A DNA stretch of 64,000 bases from Bacillota bacterium. Lineage in GTDB: Bacteria > Bacillota > DTU065. The DNA is taken from contig DAIMKF010000008.1 of NCBI GenBank assembly GCA_036721855.1, positions 4,003 through 68,002 of the forward strand. Reading direction: 5' to 3'. The notes under the pieces are model-generated. The model was not told the origin of the DNA and searched no databases. It was given only the letters and a program-made list of their open reading frames with translations. Made by a program: the position numbers and the translations under genes. Positions 1 through 10,096 of this stretch are shown here, one piece after another (positions within the stretch are counted from its first letter, which is position 1; each line of letters begins with the position of its first letter).

Positions 1-15
1 GGGAGAGGTTGAAAA

Positions 16-1575
16 ATGAAAACACAACAGTTAGATGTCTATGCTAGCACACATGAACCTTATTGGTTAGCATCAATAAAAAAGACTGACTATCCAGTTC
101 TAAAAGAAAATATCAGCGTAGATGTAGCTATAGTTGGTGGCGGGATAGTAGGTATAACTACTGCTTATCTCCTTAAAAATAAAGGCTTGAAGGTAGCTGT
201 ATTAGAAGCAAATAAAATACTTCATGGAACTACAGGACATACTACGGCCAAAATCACATCGCAACATGGACTAATATATGACAAAATCATTGCTAAATTC
301 GGGAGAGAGAAAGCAAAACAGTATGCAGAGGCTAACCAAAAAGCCATCCACTTTATAGCTGATTTAATTACAACCAAGGAGATAGACTGTGATTTTTCCT
401 GGCGCTCTGCTTATGTATATACCCAAGCCGAAAACTACATAAAAAAGATCACCAAGGAAGTAGAGGCTGCTTCTAGTCTGGGTATTAAAACCAATTACTT
501 AGATAGAGTTCCAATGCCTTTTAAGATTAAGGCAGCTATTGAATTTACCGATCAAGCTCAATTCCATCCTCTAAAGTACCTGCTAGCCTTAGCTAAAGAA
601 ATCCCAGGTGATGGAAGTCAGATATTTGAAGCGACTAAAGTTATCGATATCGAAGACAAAAAAGTAGCTACGGTAATAACTGAAAATGGTCATAGGGTTA
701 AGGCAGATAGAGTTGTTATCGCTTCACATTTTCCTTGCTATGATGGGTTGGGAATGTATTTTGCCAGAATATATGTGGAAAAATCATATGCTTTGGGAGT
801 AATCATTAACGAACAGTTCCCGGAAGGTATGTTTATTTCGGCTGAAGAACCAACTCGCTCACTTCGTTCACAAAGATACAAAACAGGAGAAATGGTAATT
901 GTAGGCGGTGAAAATCATAAAACCGGTAGTGAACAAAAAACTAATATCCACTATGAAAACCTGGCTCAATTTGCAGAAGAGACATTTAATCTCGAAGAAA
1001 TTCTCTATAGGTGGTCGACGCAAGACTGCATGACAGTAGATGGGCTTCCATATACCGGTTATCTTACGGCAAGTACTAAAAATATATTGGTAGCTACAGG
1101 TTTTGGTAAGTGGGGGATGACAAATTCTACGGCTTCAGCTCTAATCCTAACCGATCTCATTACCAAGGGAGATAGCCCTTATGCTACAGTATATAATCCG
1201 TCAAGATTTAATCTGGTGGCCTCTGGAGGTAAGTTAATAACAGAAAATGTGGATGTAGCGGTAAAACTTATAGCTGGCAAAGTAGTTTCGGCACCACTTA
1301 ATGTAGATATTGATATTGGTGAAGCCAAAGTAATAACAGTAGATGGTGAAAAAACCGGTGCTTATCGTGATGATAAAGAGCAGTTACATCTTGTCGATAT
1401 AACTTGCACTCACTTGGGATGTGAATTAGTTTGGAATGAGGCCGAAAAAACCTGGGATTGCCCCTGTCATGGTTCAAGGTTTAGCTATCAAGGTGATAAT
1501 ATTGAAGGGCCTGCCTTTAATAGGTTAAAAAGGATTGGTGAAGGCCCCAACATAAAAGACCCAAATATATTTTGA
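16..1575 (+). CDS. FAD-dependent oxidoreductase with C-terminal Rieske [2Fe-2S] domain
   Basis: 519-aa ORF. Dinucleotide-binding motif VAIVGGGIVG near the N-terminus. Rieske motifs CTHLGC and CPCHGS near the C-terminus. GGGAGAGG RBS at 1-8. Confidence 0.8.
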   Translation: MKTQQLDVYASTHEPYWLASIKKTDYPVLKENISVDVAIVGGGIVGITTAYLLKNKGLKVAVLEANKILHGTTGHTTAKITSQHGLIYDKIIAKFGREKAKQYAEANQKAIHFIADLITTKEIDCDFSWRSAYVYTQAENYIKKITKEVEAASSLGIKTNYLDRVPMPFKIKAAIEFTDQAQFHPLKYLLALAKEIPGDGSQIFEATKVIDIEDKKVATVITENGHRVKADRVVIASHFPCYDGLGMYFARIYVEKSYALGVIINEQFPEGMFISAEEPTRSLRSQRYKTGEMVIVGGENHKTGSEQKTNIHYENLAQFAEETFNLEEILYRWSTQDCMTVDGLPYTGYLTASTKNILVATGFGKWGMTNSTASALILTDLITKGDSPYATVYNPSRFNLVASGGKLITENVDVAVKLIAGKVVSAPLNVDIDIGEAKVITVDGEKTGAYRDDKEQLHLVDITCTHLGCELVWNEAEKTWDCPCHGSRFSYQGDNIEGPAFNRLKRIGEGPNIKDPNIF

Positions 1576-1608
1576 TCCTAAAAAGCCACGCCCGTGGCTT
1601 TTTAGGAT
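1575..1608 (+). terminator. intrinsic terminator (palindromic hairpin)
   Basis: ATCCTAAAAAGCCACG / CGTGGCTTTTTAGGAT inverted repeat directly after the stop codon, with a T-run in the 3' arm. Confidence 0.7.
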
Positions 1609-1794
1609 CAGTATGTAGAGAAAAGCTATAGTTTTTTACACCAAGTGAGTCTTCTTTTAGAGATCTCCGAAAATACCTTGCTTTGGTATATAATAAAATA
1701 GAGAAAGGCTTAAGAGTCGGTAGATTAATTAAGAATGAAAAAACAGCAGTTACCACTTAGCGGTTAAGTTTAAGAAGAAAGGGGATATGATATT

Positions 1795-2208
1795 ATGTGG
1801 AAAGTTTATGCAGTACTGTCAGCAGTATTTGCCAGTTTAACTTCAATTTTGGCAAAAGTGGGCATTGAAAGTGTCAATTCTAATCTAGCTACGGCCATTA
1901 GAACAGTGGTTGTCTTAGTTTTAGCCTGGGGTATTGTCTTTATCACCGGAGCTCAAGTAGGTATTAGAGATATTTCTAAAAAAAGCATGATATTTCTTAT
2001 TTTATCTGGACTGGCAACTGGGTTTTCCTGGTTATTTTATTATAAAGCTATCCAGTTAGGTGATGTTTCTAAAGTGGTACCCATTGACAAATTTAGCATT
2101 GTCTTAACAATGATACTGGCTTTTTTTATTTTAAAAGAAGAAGTTACCATGAAAACAATCATAGGTGGACTGTTTATAAGTGCCGGTACTTTTGTTTTAA
2201 TCCTCTAA
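1795..2208 (+). CDS. small EamA/DMT-family membrane protein (single EamA domain)
   Basis: 137-aa hydrophobic ORF with about four TM segments. Typical EamA-like sequence (FSWLFYYKAIQLGDVSKVVPIDKFS). GGGG RBS upstream. Confidence 0.65.
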   Translation: MWKVYAVLSAVFASLTSILAKVGIESVNSNLATAIRTVVVLVLAWGIVFITGAQVGIRDISKKSMIFLILSGLATGFSWLFYYKAIQLGDVSKVVPIDKFSIVLTMILAFFILKEEVTMKTIIGGLFISAGTFVLIL

Positions 2209-2410
2209 AAAGCTAACTGTTCTTTTGCCATTAAAAAAGGCTTTTTTATTTGGTAGAAAATAGCACAAGTATTTTTGTTTTCTGTAAAGAAGTATGCTGA
2301 TAGAGCTAAATAGTTAAGGAATGTTGCGGCGTTTGTTTCTTTTAATGAGCCTATGAGGTAAAATGGTATTAGAAAGTGCATACAGTATTCAAAGATAAGG
2401 AGGTGTGGCT

Positions 2411-3355
2411 GTGGCAGTCCGCCTTTATTCAGTAAAGCTTTTGCAAATAATTATTGGTAGCTTTTTTGCTGCAATAGGTATTAATATGTTTATTGTTCCC
2501 AATCACTTACTCGCCGGTGGTGTCTCAGGCATTTCAATTATTGTTCACTATATTTTTGGCTACTCAATTCCCATACTTATGCTTCTTATTAACATCCCTA
2601 TTTTTATCGCTGGCTTTTACAAACTGCATTATGGTTATGTTATGAGAAGTTTGCTAGGTTTAGGTTCTCTAGCCTTGTTTATTAGTCTAACCAAACTTTA
2701 TTTACCGCCGATTCTGGTGAATGATCTTTTAATTGCGGCACTTTTTGGGGGACTATTACAGGGTTTAGGATATGGACTTATATTTAAAGGCCGAGGTTCT
2801 TCCGGAGGTACGGACATTATCTCTTTAATTCTTCGAAGAAAGTATTCTTTTAACGTGGGCTCGTGTAATTTTTTAATGAATGCTATTATTATGGCTATTT
2901 CCCTGTCTTTTTTTGAAATTAAATATGTGGGCTATACTCTGGTATCAATGTTTATTTCCGGTTATGTGATTGATAAGATCCAGTTGGGTTTGGATAGAGC
3001 CAATAATGTTTTTATCATTTCTGACCGTTCCAATGAAGTAGCTGAAGTTATTATGCATGAAATAGGCAGGGGAGTTACTCTTTTGCAGGGTCGTGGTGCT
3101 TATTCGCAAACCGATAAAGAAGTTATTTTAACCAGCATTTCTATGACTCAGTTACCAAAGTTAAAAGATGTAGTTTATCTAGAGGATCCAGCCGCGTTTA
3201 TGATGGTGGGAGAGGCGAGTGAGGTTTTTGGCAGAGGTTTTAAACCATCACCTCTTAAAGAAAAAGAAGAATTAGAGTTCGGTCTAAAAAAAGCCTGGCG
3301 AGAAGTTAAGTTAAAAAAAGAGAAGATTCAGCTGGAGAAAACCAAATCGAATTAA
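2411..3355 (+). CDS. YitT-family membrane protein (DUF2179 C-terminal domain)
   Basis: Polytopic N-terminal region (GGVSGISII, GSSGGTDI) plus a soluble C-terminal domain. The track start at 2405 sits 1 nt after the AAGGAGG RBS (2397-2403), so the GTG at 2411 is the more plausible start. Confidence 0.7.
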   Translation: MAVRLYSVKLLQIIIGSFFAAIGINMFIVPNHLLAGGVSGISIIVHYIFGYSIPILMLLINIPIFIAGFYKLHYGYVMRSLLGLGSLALFISLTKLYLPPILVNDLLIAALFGGLLQGLGYGLIFKGRGSSGGTDIISLILRRKYSFNVGSCNFLMNAIIMAISLSFFEIKYVGYTLVSMFISGYVIDKIQLGLDRANNVFIISDRSNEVAEVIMHEIGRGVTLLQGRGAYSQTDKEVILTSISMTQLPKLKDVVYLEDPAAFMMVGEASEVFGRGFKPSPLKEKEELEFGLKKAWREVKLKKEKIQLEKTKSN

Positions 3356-3357
3356 AG

Positions 3358-3388
3358 AAAGAAGCTGCGTAATTTACGCAGCTTCTTT
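3358..3388. terminator. bidirectional hairpin between convergent genes
   Basis: GAAGCTGCGTAA / TTACGCAGCTTC inverted repeat that includes the ATPase stop codon. Confidence 0.55.
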
Positions 3389-6037
3389 GGGTAAAAAAAC
3401 TTTTTGAAACTCCCCGGTAACTAAAGGCAAAAGACCTAAACTAAGAACCCAAAGCCACTGTGAAGTTGATAGAGGAACAAGACTAAAGGCTTTAGCTAGG
3501 GTGGGGATAAACAACACCGGCAATAAAAGTAAGATAGATCCCAAAATTGCTAAGAGCATGACTTTATTGCTAAAAAGACCAAGTTTAATAAGGCTGATTT
3601 GCTCGGAGCGTGATGAAAATGCTCTTAAGAGCTCGCCGTTAATTAAAGTTAAAAAAGCCATGGTACGTCCCAGAGCGAGAGAGTTAGATACCGGAGTTTT
3701 AAGACCAATATAGAAGGCTAATAGGGTGGTTGTGGTAACAACCAAAGCTTGGATAACTACTAAACGCCACAGCTTGCGATCTAGGAGAGGTTCTTTTGGA
3801 CTGCGGGGTTTTCTTTTCATGATATCACTTTCACCGGCTTCAACACCTAAAGCGAGGGCTGGAAAGGCATCTGTCAAAACATTAACCCAAAGAAGCTGAA
3901 TAGGCAAAAGCGGAACAGGCCAGCCAATCAACATAGAAATAAAGATTACCAAGACCTCAGCAAAATTGCAGGAAAGGAGGAAGTAAACAAATTTACGGAT
4001 GTTAGCATAGATAATACGGCCTTCTTTGACGGCTCCAACTATACTGGCAAAATTATCATCCATTAAAACCATATCAGCAGTTTGTTTAGCAACATCAGTA
4101 CCGGTAATGCCCATGGAAATACCAATATCAGCCTTCTTTAGGGCCATGGCATCATTTACTCCATCACCGGTCATAGCTACAATGTGACCATTGGCTTTAA
4201 GAGCGTTGACAATTCTTACTTTGTGTTCGGGAGAAACTCTGGCATAGATATGGACATTTTCAACTGCAACTTGTAGATCATCATCACTAAGTTCTGAAAG
4301 CTCTGTGCCGGTAAGAACTTTATTGTTATCAATAGCCAGACCGATCTGCCTAGCAATAGCCAAGGCAGTTTTCGGATAATCACCTGTAATCATCTTGGGA
4401 GTAATACCGGCATCTTGGCATTCTTTAATCGCTTCTTTGGCTTCTTCTCTTGGCGGATCAATCATGGCCACTAGACCTAAAAAGGTAAGAGAAGATTCGT
4501 CAAAGACATCAAGCTTATCAGGCAGTGAGGGGAGATCTTTATAAGCCAAGGCGAGTACCCTTAGTGCCGAATCAGCCAACGACTCATTGGCTTTTAGGAA
4601 GTAGTGCCTGAGATCATCGGTTACAGGTACACTTTTACCGCTAATAAGTATCTGATCTGTAACTTTAAGCATCTCATCGGGAGCACCTTTTACCAAAAGG
4701 CGATTGGTATTATGGTAATTGATTAGAGTGCTCATTCTTTTGCGATTAGAATCAAATGGCAGTTCTAAAAGCCGGGGATATTTAAGTGATAATTTTTCTT
4801 TAAATAAGTTGTTTTTGGCGGCCGCCACCATTAAGCTGCCTTCAGTAGGGTCTCCGATTATTTCATACTGGTCCTCGTTTAAGACTAATTCAGAGTCGTT
4901 ACAGAGAAGACCTGCCAGAAGAAGTTCATTTAAACCGGCATCAGTACCTTCTAAGATTTTAAACTCGCCTTCTGGGTTATAGCCATTTCCGGTAACAGCC
5001 ACAATCCCCTGAGGCAGAATCATCTTAACTACAGTCATCTGATTTTCGGTGAGAGTACCGGTTTTGTCAGAACATATAACTGTTGTAGTGCCAAGGGTTT
5101 CAACGGCAAGCAGCCTGCGAATAACAGCGTTTTTTTGGCTCATTCTGGTCATACCAAGAGCGAGCACAATGGTAACAACAGCCGGCAAACCCTCCGGAAT
5201 GGCTGCCACGGCAAGAGAAATAGCTGTCATAAATAGTTCTAAAGGGCTTTCAAGTCCTCGTAAAAGACCGGTAAGAAAGACTATCACAGAAATAATTATA
5301 ATTCCTAAACCTAGTTTCTTGCCTAAACTGTCGAGTTTAATTTGCAAAGGTGTAGGCGAGGTATCAACAGTACTTATGGCTGAGGCAATTTTACCGACCT
5401 CAGTCTTCATACCGGTAAAGACAACGGCACCAAAACCTCGGCCATAGGTAACAATAGTACTCATATAAGCCATGTTTTTTCGATCGGCTAGCTGAGTTTT
5501 ATCATCACCGATAAAACCAGCATCTTTTACTGAAGCAACAGATTCTCCTGTTAGAGCAGCTTCTTGAATCTCTAGATTTGTTGTTTCTAACAATCTAAGA
5601 TCAGCAGGAACGCTGTCTCCTGTTTCTAAGATAACAATATCTCCGGGTACAAGTTCTTTTGCACTTAAGTATTCACGTTTACCATTTCTGAGAACTTTAG
5701 CTTTAGGAGCACTCATTTGGGCCAATGCCTCTAGAGCTTTGTCAGCTTTATTTTCTTGCAAAAGGCCAAAGATAGCATTGATAACTACAATCATAATAAT
5801 AAGCAAAGCATCTAGTACCTCTCCCATTAGGGCGGAGATTAGAGCCGATGCCAGGAGAATAACAATCAAAAAATCACTGAATTGAGCGAGAATCTTTTCC
5901 CAAAGACTACGCCCTTTTTTTTCAGCTAACGCGTTAAAACCATATTTTTTGCGTCTTTCATTAGCCTCTTCTGCTTGCAGACCGTTTAGGTCGGTGTTTA
6001 GTTTTTTAAGGGCTTCTTCTTTGCTTAAGCGATACAC
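3374..6037 (-). CDS. P-type cation-transporting ATPase (Ca2+/Mn2+ PMR1/SERCA-like, type IIA)
   Basis: DKTGTLT phosphorylation motif, TGES, MITGD and GDGVNDA motifs, 10-TM architecture. The true start is probably the GTG at 6037 (or TTG at 6040) after the AAAGGAGAG RBS. The track start at 6085 lies inside the riboswitch terminator. Confidence 0.9.
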   Translation of the reverse strand: MYRLSKEEALKKLNTDLNGLQAEEANERRKKYGFNALAEKKGRSLWEKILAQFSDFLIVILLASALISALMGEVLDALLIIMIVVINAIFGLLQENKADKALEALAQMSAPKAKVLRNGKREYLSAKELVPGDIVILETGDSVPADLRLLETTNLEIQEAALTGESVASVKDAGFIGDDKTQLADRKNMAYMSTIVTYGRGFGAVVFTGMKTEVGKIASAISTVDTSPTPLQIKLDSLGKKLGLGIIIISVIVFLTGLLRGLESPLELFMTAISLAVAAIPEGLPAVVTIVLALGMTRMSQKNAVIRRLLAVETLGTTTVICSDKTGTLTENQMTVVKMILPQGIVAVTGNGYNPEGEFKILEGTDAGLNELLLAGLLCNDSELVLNEDQYEIIGDPTEGSLMVAAAKNNLFKEKLSLKYPRLLELPFDSNRKRMSTLINYHNTNRLLVKGAPDEMLKVTDQILISGKSVPVTDDLRHYFLKANESLADSALRVLALAYKDLPSLPDKLDVFDESSLTFLGLVAMIDPPREEAKEAIKECQDAGITPKMITGDYPKTALAIARQIGLAIDNNKVLTGTELSELSDDDLQVAVENVHIYARVSPEHKVRIVNALKANGHIVAMTGDGVNDAMALKKADIGISMGITGTDVAKQTADMVLMDDNFASIVGAVKEGRIIYANIRKFVYFLLSCNFAEVLVIFISMLIGWPVPLLPIQLLWVNVLTDAFPALALGVEAGESDIMKRKPRSPKEPLLDRKLWRLVVIQALVVTTTTLLAFYIGLKTPVSNSLALGRTMAFLTLINGELLRAFSSRSEQISLIKLGLFSNKVMLLAILGSILLLLPVLFIPTLAKAFSLVPLSTSQWLWVLSLGLLPLVTGEFQKVFLPKEAA

Positions 6038-6062
6038 CAAAAACTCTCCTTTCACCCTACTG

Positions 6063-6205
6063 AAACAAAATAGGCAAGACCTCATTTGAGGTCTTGCCTA
6101 TTTTAACGTGAACCGAGCAGGTTACCCCGCTGTACTGACGATACACGTACCTCTACCGTGGAGGTGGCTACTCCCCTCTAGATTGTACAGATTTGGAGCT
6201 GGTTA
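6063..6205 (-). promoter_or_regulatory. yybP-ykoY (Mn2+) riboswitch with terminator expression platform
   Basis: The minus strand reads AGAGGGGAGTAGCCACC ... GGCAAGACCTCA, matching the conserved GGGGAGUAG and AGACC cores of the family. The 3' conserved segment is also the 5' arm of a 12-13 bp terminator (GGCAAGACCTCA-aat-GAGGTCTTGCC, then TATTTTGTTT). Confidence 0.75.
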
Positions 6206-6212
6206 TACCTTA

Positions 6213-6240
6213 ATTTTAACATTTTTTCATTATTTCGCAA
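6213..6240 (-). promoter_or_regulatory. sigma-A-type promoter for the riboswitch/ATPase transcript
   Basis: On the minus strand: TTGCGA (6240-6235), 16-nt spacer, TAAAAT (6218-6213). Confidence 0.5.
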
Positions 6241-6351
6241 CTTAAAAGATAGACCTCGTAAAAGATAGACCTCGGCAATATCTTTTAGTTATTTTAGCCC
6301 AAAAGACAGAGAAAATTACCCAGCAGAGTATTCAAAGTATAATTTGCTAAA

Positions 6352-7206
6352 TCACACTTGATTTTCCAGATTGAGGAAAGAAAAATCAGCTGGGTTATGT
6401 GGTGTAAACACAAGAGGTCTCTCGGGTGTATTGTTTACCCCCGCTGTGTAGCTAGGGCGGTGGCTTTTATAGATGATTCCTAAAGGGATATGCAAAGAAA
6501 ACTCATGAGCTTTTTCAAAAGCCAACATTTTATCGGTAGGATCGTAATCATCCGGAAGATAGTAGACTCTATCTTGATACCATTTATACGTATTTACTTT
6601 ATTAAAGGAGACACAAGGCTGTAGTACATCAAGCAGAGCAAAACCCGGATATTCAGCGGCAGCTTTAATCATTTCTACTAGATGATCCTTATCTCCGGCA
6701 AAGGCTCTGGCGACAAATCCGGCATTCATGGCTATAGCCAAAGGCAGGGGGTTAAAAGGAGGAGTGCGTGTTCCCCAGGGAGTCATTCCACTGACATAGC
6801 CCTCAAGGCTTGTTGGCGAGGCCTGTCCTTTAGTCAGCCCAAAAACCTGGTTGTTATGGACAATATAGGTTAAGTCCACATTGCGTCTGAGAGCATGTAG
6901 CAAATGGTTACCACCTTCTGCATAGCCATCACCATCGCCTCCAAAGACAAAAACTTTTAGAGCAGGGTTTACAAGTTTGATAGCTTGAGCGGCAGGCAAT
7001 GACCGGCCATGCAGACCGGTAAATGAATTACCTGAGATATAAACAGGGAGTTTTGCCGCCTGACCGACACCGGAAACAAACATAACTTGATGTGGTAAAA
7101 GATCCAGTTCGATTAGTGCTTGCCGAAAAGCACTGCGAAGGGCAAAGTTACCACACCCCGGACACCAAGCTGTATCTTTTAAGATATAATCATTAATATC
7201 TACCAC
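6352..7206 (-). CDS. 2-oxoacid:ferredoxin oxidoreductase, beta (TPP-binding) subunit
   Basis: 284 aa. N-terminal CPGCGN motif, GDGD TPP-binding region, and a 7-nt overlap with the alpha subunit gene. Confidence 0.85.
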   Translation of the reverse strand: MVDINDYILKDTAWCPGCGNFALRSAFRQALIELDLLPHQVMFVSGVGQAAKLPVYISGNSFTGLHGRSLPAAQAIKLVNPALKVFVFGGDGDGYAEGGNHLLHALRRNVDLTYIVHNNQVFGLTKGQASPTSLEGYVSGMTPWGTRTPPFNPLPLAIAMNAGFVARAFAGDKDHLVEMIKAAAEYPGFALLDVLQPCVSFNKVNTYKWYQDRVYYLPDDYDPTDKMLAFEKAHEFSLHIPLGIIYKSHRPSYTAGVNNTPERPLVFTPHNPADFSFLNLENQV

Positions 7207-8930
7207 GGAATATCTCCTCCCTCTTCGAGTCTGGCTACAATGTATTCAGGGGTTAGGGGTCTACCATCATAGCGCAAAACATAACCGGTCATGCCGATGC
7301 CGGTTTCTGATTTGATTAGTTTACTGAATTGTCCGGTGGCATTGCCCTCAATTCCTATTCTCCCTCTGCAGCCAACAATAGAGTTAATAACATGCTCAGG
7401 ATTTATAGGGTAAAGGTCAAGGAAGTGTACCATTTTAGTGGGACGTCCTCTGTGATTAATTAAGTCAACAGCTTCTTTAATGGCGCCATAACTAGATCCC
7501 CAGGAGACTAAAACAAGGGAGGCATCTGAAGGCCCATATTCAAGAGGCTTTTTAGCTTCAAGTTTTAGTGCAGCCAGCTTAGAGAGCCTTTTTTCGTGTT
7601 GTTTAAGGCGAGTGTTCGCATCTTCAATGATATCACCACGTTCATCGTGTTCGTCACCAACAGTTTTAAAAATAGCCTTGCTTCTTCCCGGTAAAGCCCG
7701 TGGCGAAATGTTATCTTCGGTTAAAAGGTGGCGTTTGTAATTTGGACCTATTAGGTCTCCGGCTTCTTTTTCTAAGAGTTTACCTCTGTTTATAGTGATT
7801 TTATTAAAGTCAAAAAAGGGAGTAGTTTTTAGGGAATCAGCTAGAAACTGGTCACCTAGGACTATTACAGGCAACTGATAAACTTCAGCGATGTTAAAAG
7901 CTCTGATCATTGTTTCGAAAGCTGATTCGGGACTATAGGGAGCCATGACAAAACGAGGGAATTCACCCTGATGAGCATAGATGCTAAAAAGAAGGTCAGC
8001 TTGCTCAGTACGGGTAGGAAGTCCTGTGGCAGGGCCAGGCCTTTGCATGTTTACAATAACAAGAGGTGTTTCAGTGATACCTGCCAGACCTAAACCTTCC
8101 ACCATTAGAGAGAAGCCACCACCTGATGTTGGTACTAAAGCTCTGGCTCCGGCAGTTGCAGCTCCAATACCCATTATTATGGCCGCAATCTCATCTTCAA
8201 CTTGCTCAACTATGAGAGGGCATGATAATTGTTGAGAAGCCAAATACTCGGTAAGACTCGTAGAAGGAGTCATAGGATATGCACTGACAAATCGGCAACC
8301 TGCAGCTATAGCTCCCATACCCATAGCTGTAGCACCATCTATGATTAACCGTTTATCTTCTTTAACCCTACCATCGTTAAGTTTCAGCTCAAAGCCTGCA
8401 GGTCTATGTTCTTTGGCCCAGTTATAGCCGGCCAGAGTTGCGTTTTTATTTTTTTCTACAGTGTCTCGACCTTTTTTACTCCATATCTCTTCTTGGAGTT
8501 TATATAAAATACCAATATCTCCACCTAAAAGACCCCAGAATGAACCTAGAGCCACGGAGTTATTCATCAATTTACTACCACCATATTTTTGGGCAAGATC
8601 ATCAAAAGGAACCGGAAAAGCATTAGGGGATTTAGTTTTAACAACACTTGAATCACAGATAATTAAACCATCTGGGGTTAAATTAGCTTGATGAGTATCA
8701 AGTGATATTTGATCTAAAGCGATGAGAATTTGGCAGTTTTCTTGAACAGAGGAGATCTCTTTTTCAGCAAAACGGATGCGAAAGAAGTTATGACCACCTC
8801 TAATGCGTGACATATAATCCTGAGTTGAAAACACATGAAAACCTGCTTTTCCACCTGCCTTTACTAGCGCATAGCCTAGTGATTTTAATCCCGTACCGGC
8901 AGCACCACCAACAATAATTGACAGGTCCAT
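7200..8930 (-). CDS. 2-oxoacid:ferredoxin oxidoreductase, fused gamma-alpha subunit
   Basis: 576 aa. N-terminal gamma-like domain (GGAAGTGLKS) followed by an alpha domain (AYPMTPST). Confidence 0.85.
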   Translation of the reverse strand: MDLSIIVGGAAGTGLKSLGYALVKAGGKAGFHVFSTQDYMSRIRGGHNFFRIRFAEKEISSVQENCQILIALDQISLDTHQANLTPDGLIICDSSVVKTKSPNAFPVPFDDLAQKYGGSKLMNNSVALGSFWGLLGGDIGILYKLQEEIWSKKGRDTVEKNKNATLAGYNWAKEHRPAGFELKLNDGRVKEDKRLIIDGATAMGMGAIAAGCRFVSAYPMTPSTSLTEYLASQQLSCPLIVEQVEDEIAAIIMGIGAATAGARALVPTSGGGFSLMVEGLGLAGITETPLVIVNMQRPGPATGLPTRTEQADLLFSIYAHQGEFPRFVMAPYSPESAFETMIRAFNIAEVYQLPVIVLGDQFLADSLKTTPFFDFNKITINRGKLLEKEAGDLIGPNYKRHLLTEDNISPRALPGRSKAIFKTVGDEHDERGDIIEDANTRLKQHEKRLSKLAALKLEAKKPLEYGPSDASLVLVSWGSSYGAIKEAVDLINHRGRPTKMVHFLDLYPINPEHVINSIVGCRGRIGIEGNATGQFSKLIKSETGIGMTGYVLRYDGRPLTPEYIVARLEEGGDIPW

Positions 8931-8998
8931 TTTCTACATTCCTTTCTGGATTAAACGCAGTTAATTTAATTAATTAATTAAGAGCCAACAAGACAGAG

Positions 8999-10096
8999 CT
9001 ATTTTTTTAAGGAAAAAGTAGTATTACCAATAATAAGAGGGGCAGGTAAAACAATTTTACCAAGAGGAAGATTGGCAGTAACAGCAGTTATTATCTGCTC
9101 AGCTAAACAGGTGCCTAAAAGGTCAGAATCTTGATTGACAGTGGTAAGTTTTAGATTGTAAAAGTTATTTTCTAGATTATCAAAGCCTGTGACTGAAAGA
9201 TCCTGGGGAATATTTAGACCGAGGCCAAGGGCTTTATCAATAACCTTGTAAGCCTCGATATCATCTTTGCAAACTACAGCTGTAGGTCGCTCTCTTTGCG
9301 AAAGGCAAAGCAAGAGTTGATGCAACCCATTTTCACCTTCAGGGAAGATCCAATCATAATTTATAGTCAAACCATTTTTTGCTATTGTATGCAAATAACC
9401 ATTGAACCTATCTTCAAGGCTAGTGGGTCTGTTTGTTAAGGTACCATAAAAAGCAATTGATCTATGTCCTAAAGAAATAAGATGCTGGACAAGAGAGGTC
9501 ATCGCAGCATAGTTATCGGTAATAACATAGCCAGCATCAAGTCCTTTAATGGTTCTATCAAAAAGGAGCAGAGGATAACCATCTGCTGCTAACTGGAAGG
9601 CGTAATGACTAGCAGAACGATATGACTCATCTTCGGGCAACCAGATAATACCGGCGTTTTCACGGGCGAGGATTTGCAAGATACGATTTTCATTTTCCAG
9701 GCTATAGTTGGATTGAGCTAAGATTAAGTTGAAATTTTTTTTCTGTAGATAAGTTTCAACTTTGCTAACAACTGAAGCGGCAATATTATTCGAATGCTGT
9801 TGCAGTAAATCAGGGAGCAAAAAAGCAATACTTTTTAAACCCTGGATGGTTTGAATGCGTTTAGGTTTATTGGCAATAACAAAGGTTCCTTTGCCCTGCT
9901 GTTTCCTGACAAAACCTTCTTTAACTAAAACTTCAATTGCTTGACGTACAGTAGTCCTACTTACGTTATAGAAAGCTTCAATTTCATCTTCACCAGGCAA
10001 TTTACTACCAACGGGAATAGACCCGTTAACTATTTTTTGTTTTAGAATTATAAACAGCTGTTGATATAAAGGTATGGGACTTTCCCTTTGTATCAT
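8999..10096 (-). CDS. GntR-family regulator with LacI/PBP1-type sugar-binding domain
   Basis: N-terminal winged-helix GntR motif (LPGEDEIEAFYNVSRTTVRQAIEVLVKEGFV) plus a periplasmic-binding-protein-like C-terminal domain. Same strand as the oxidoreductase genes and upstream of them. Confidence 0.8.
   Translation of the reverse strand: MIQRESPIPLYQQLFIILKQKIVNGSIPVGSKLPGEDEIEAFYNVSRTTVRQAIEVLVKEGFVRKQQGKGTFVIANKPKRIQTIQGLKSIAFLLPDLLQQHSNNIAASVVSKVETYLQKKNFNLILAQSNYSLENENRILQILARENAGIIWLPEDESYRSASHYAFQLAADGYPLLLFDRTIKGLDAGYVITDNYAAMTSLVQHLISLGHRSIAFYGTLTNRPTSLEDRFNGYLHTIAKNGLTINYDWIFPEGENGLHQLLLCLSQRERPTAVVCKDDIEAYKVIDKALGLGLNIPQDLSVTGFDNLENNFYNLKLTTVNQDSDLLGTCLAEQIITAVTANLPLGKIVLPAPLIIGNTTFSLKK

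Noticed and set aside
3501-5447. Plus-strand ORFs 3501-3713, 4719-4982 and 5049-5447
   Set aside because: These are antisense shadow ORFs inside the well-supported ATPase gene, with low-complexity, Arg/Ser-rich translations.
6038-6085. N-terminal extension MRSCLFCFSRVKGEFL of the P-type ATPase ORF
   Set aside because: These codons are the riboswitch terminator hairpin and U-tract. The RBS lies downstream of them.
8960-8990. (TTAA)n-like run TTAATTTAATTAATTAATTAA
   Set aside because: Short low-complexity AT repeat in an intergenic spacer. There is no evidence of function.
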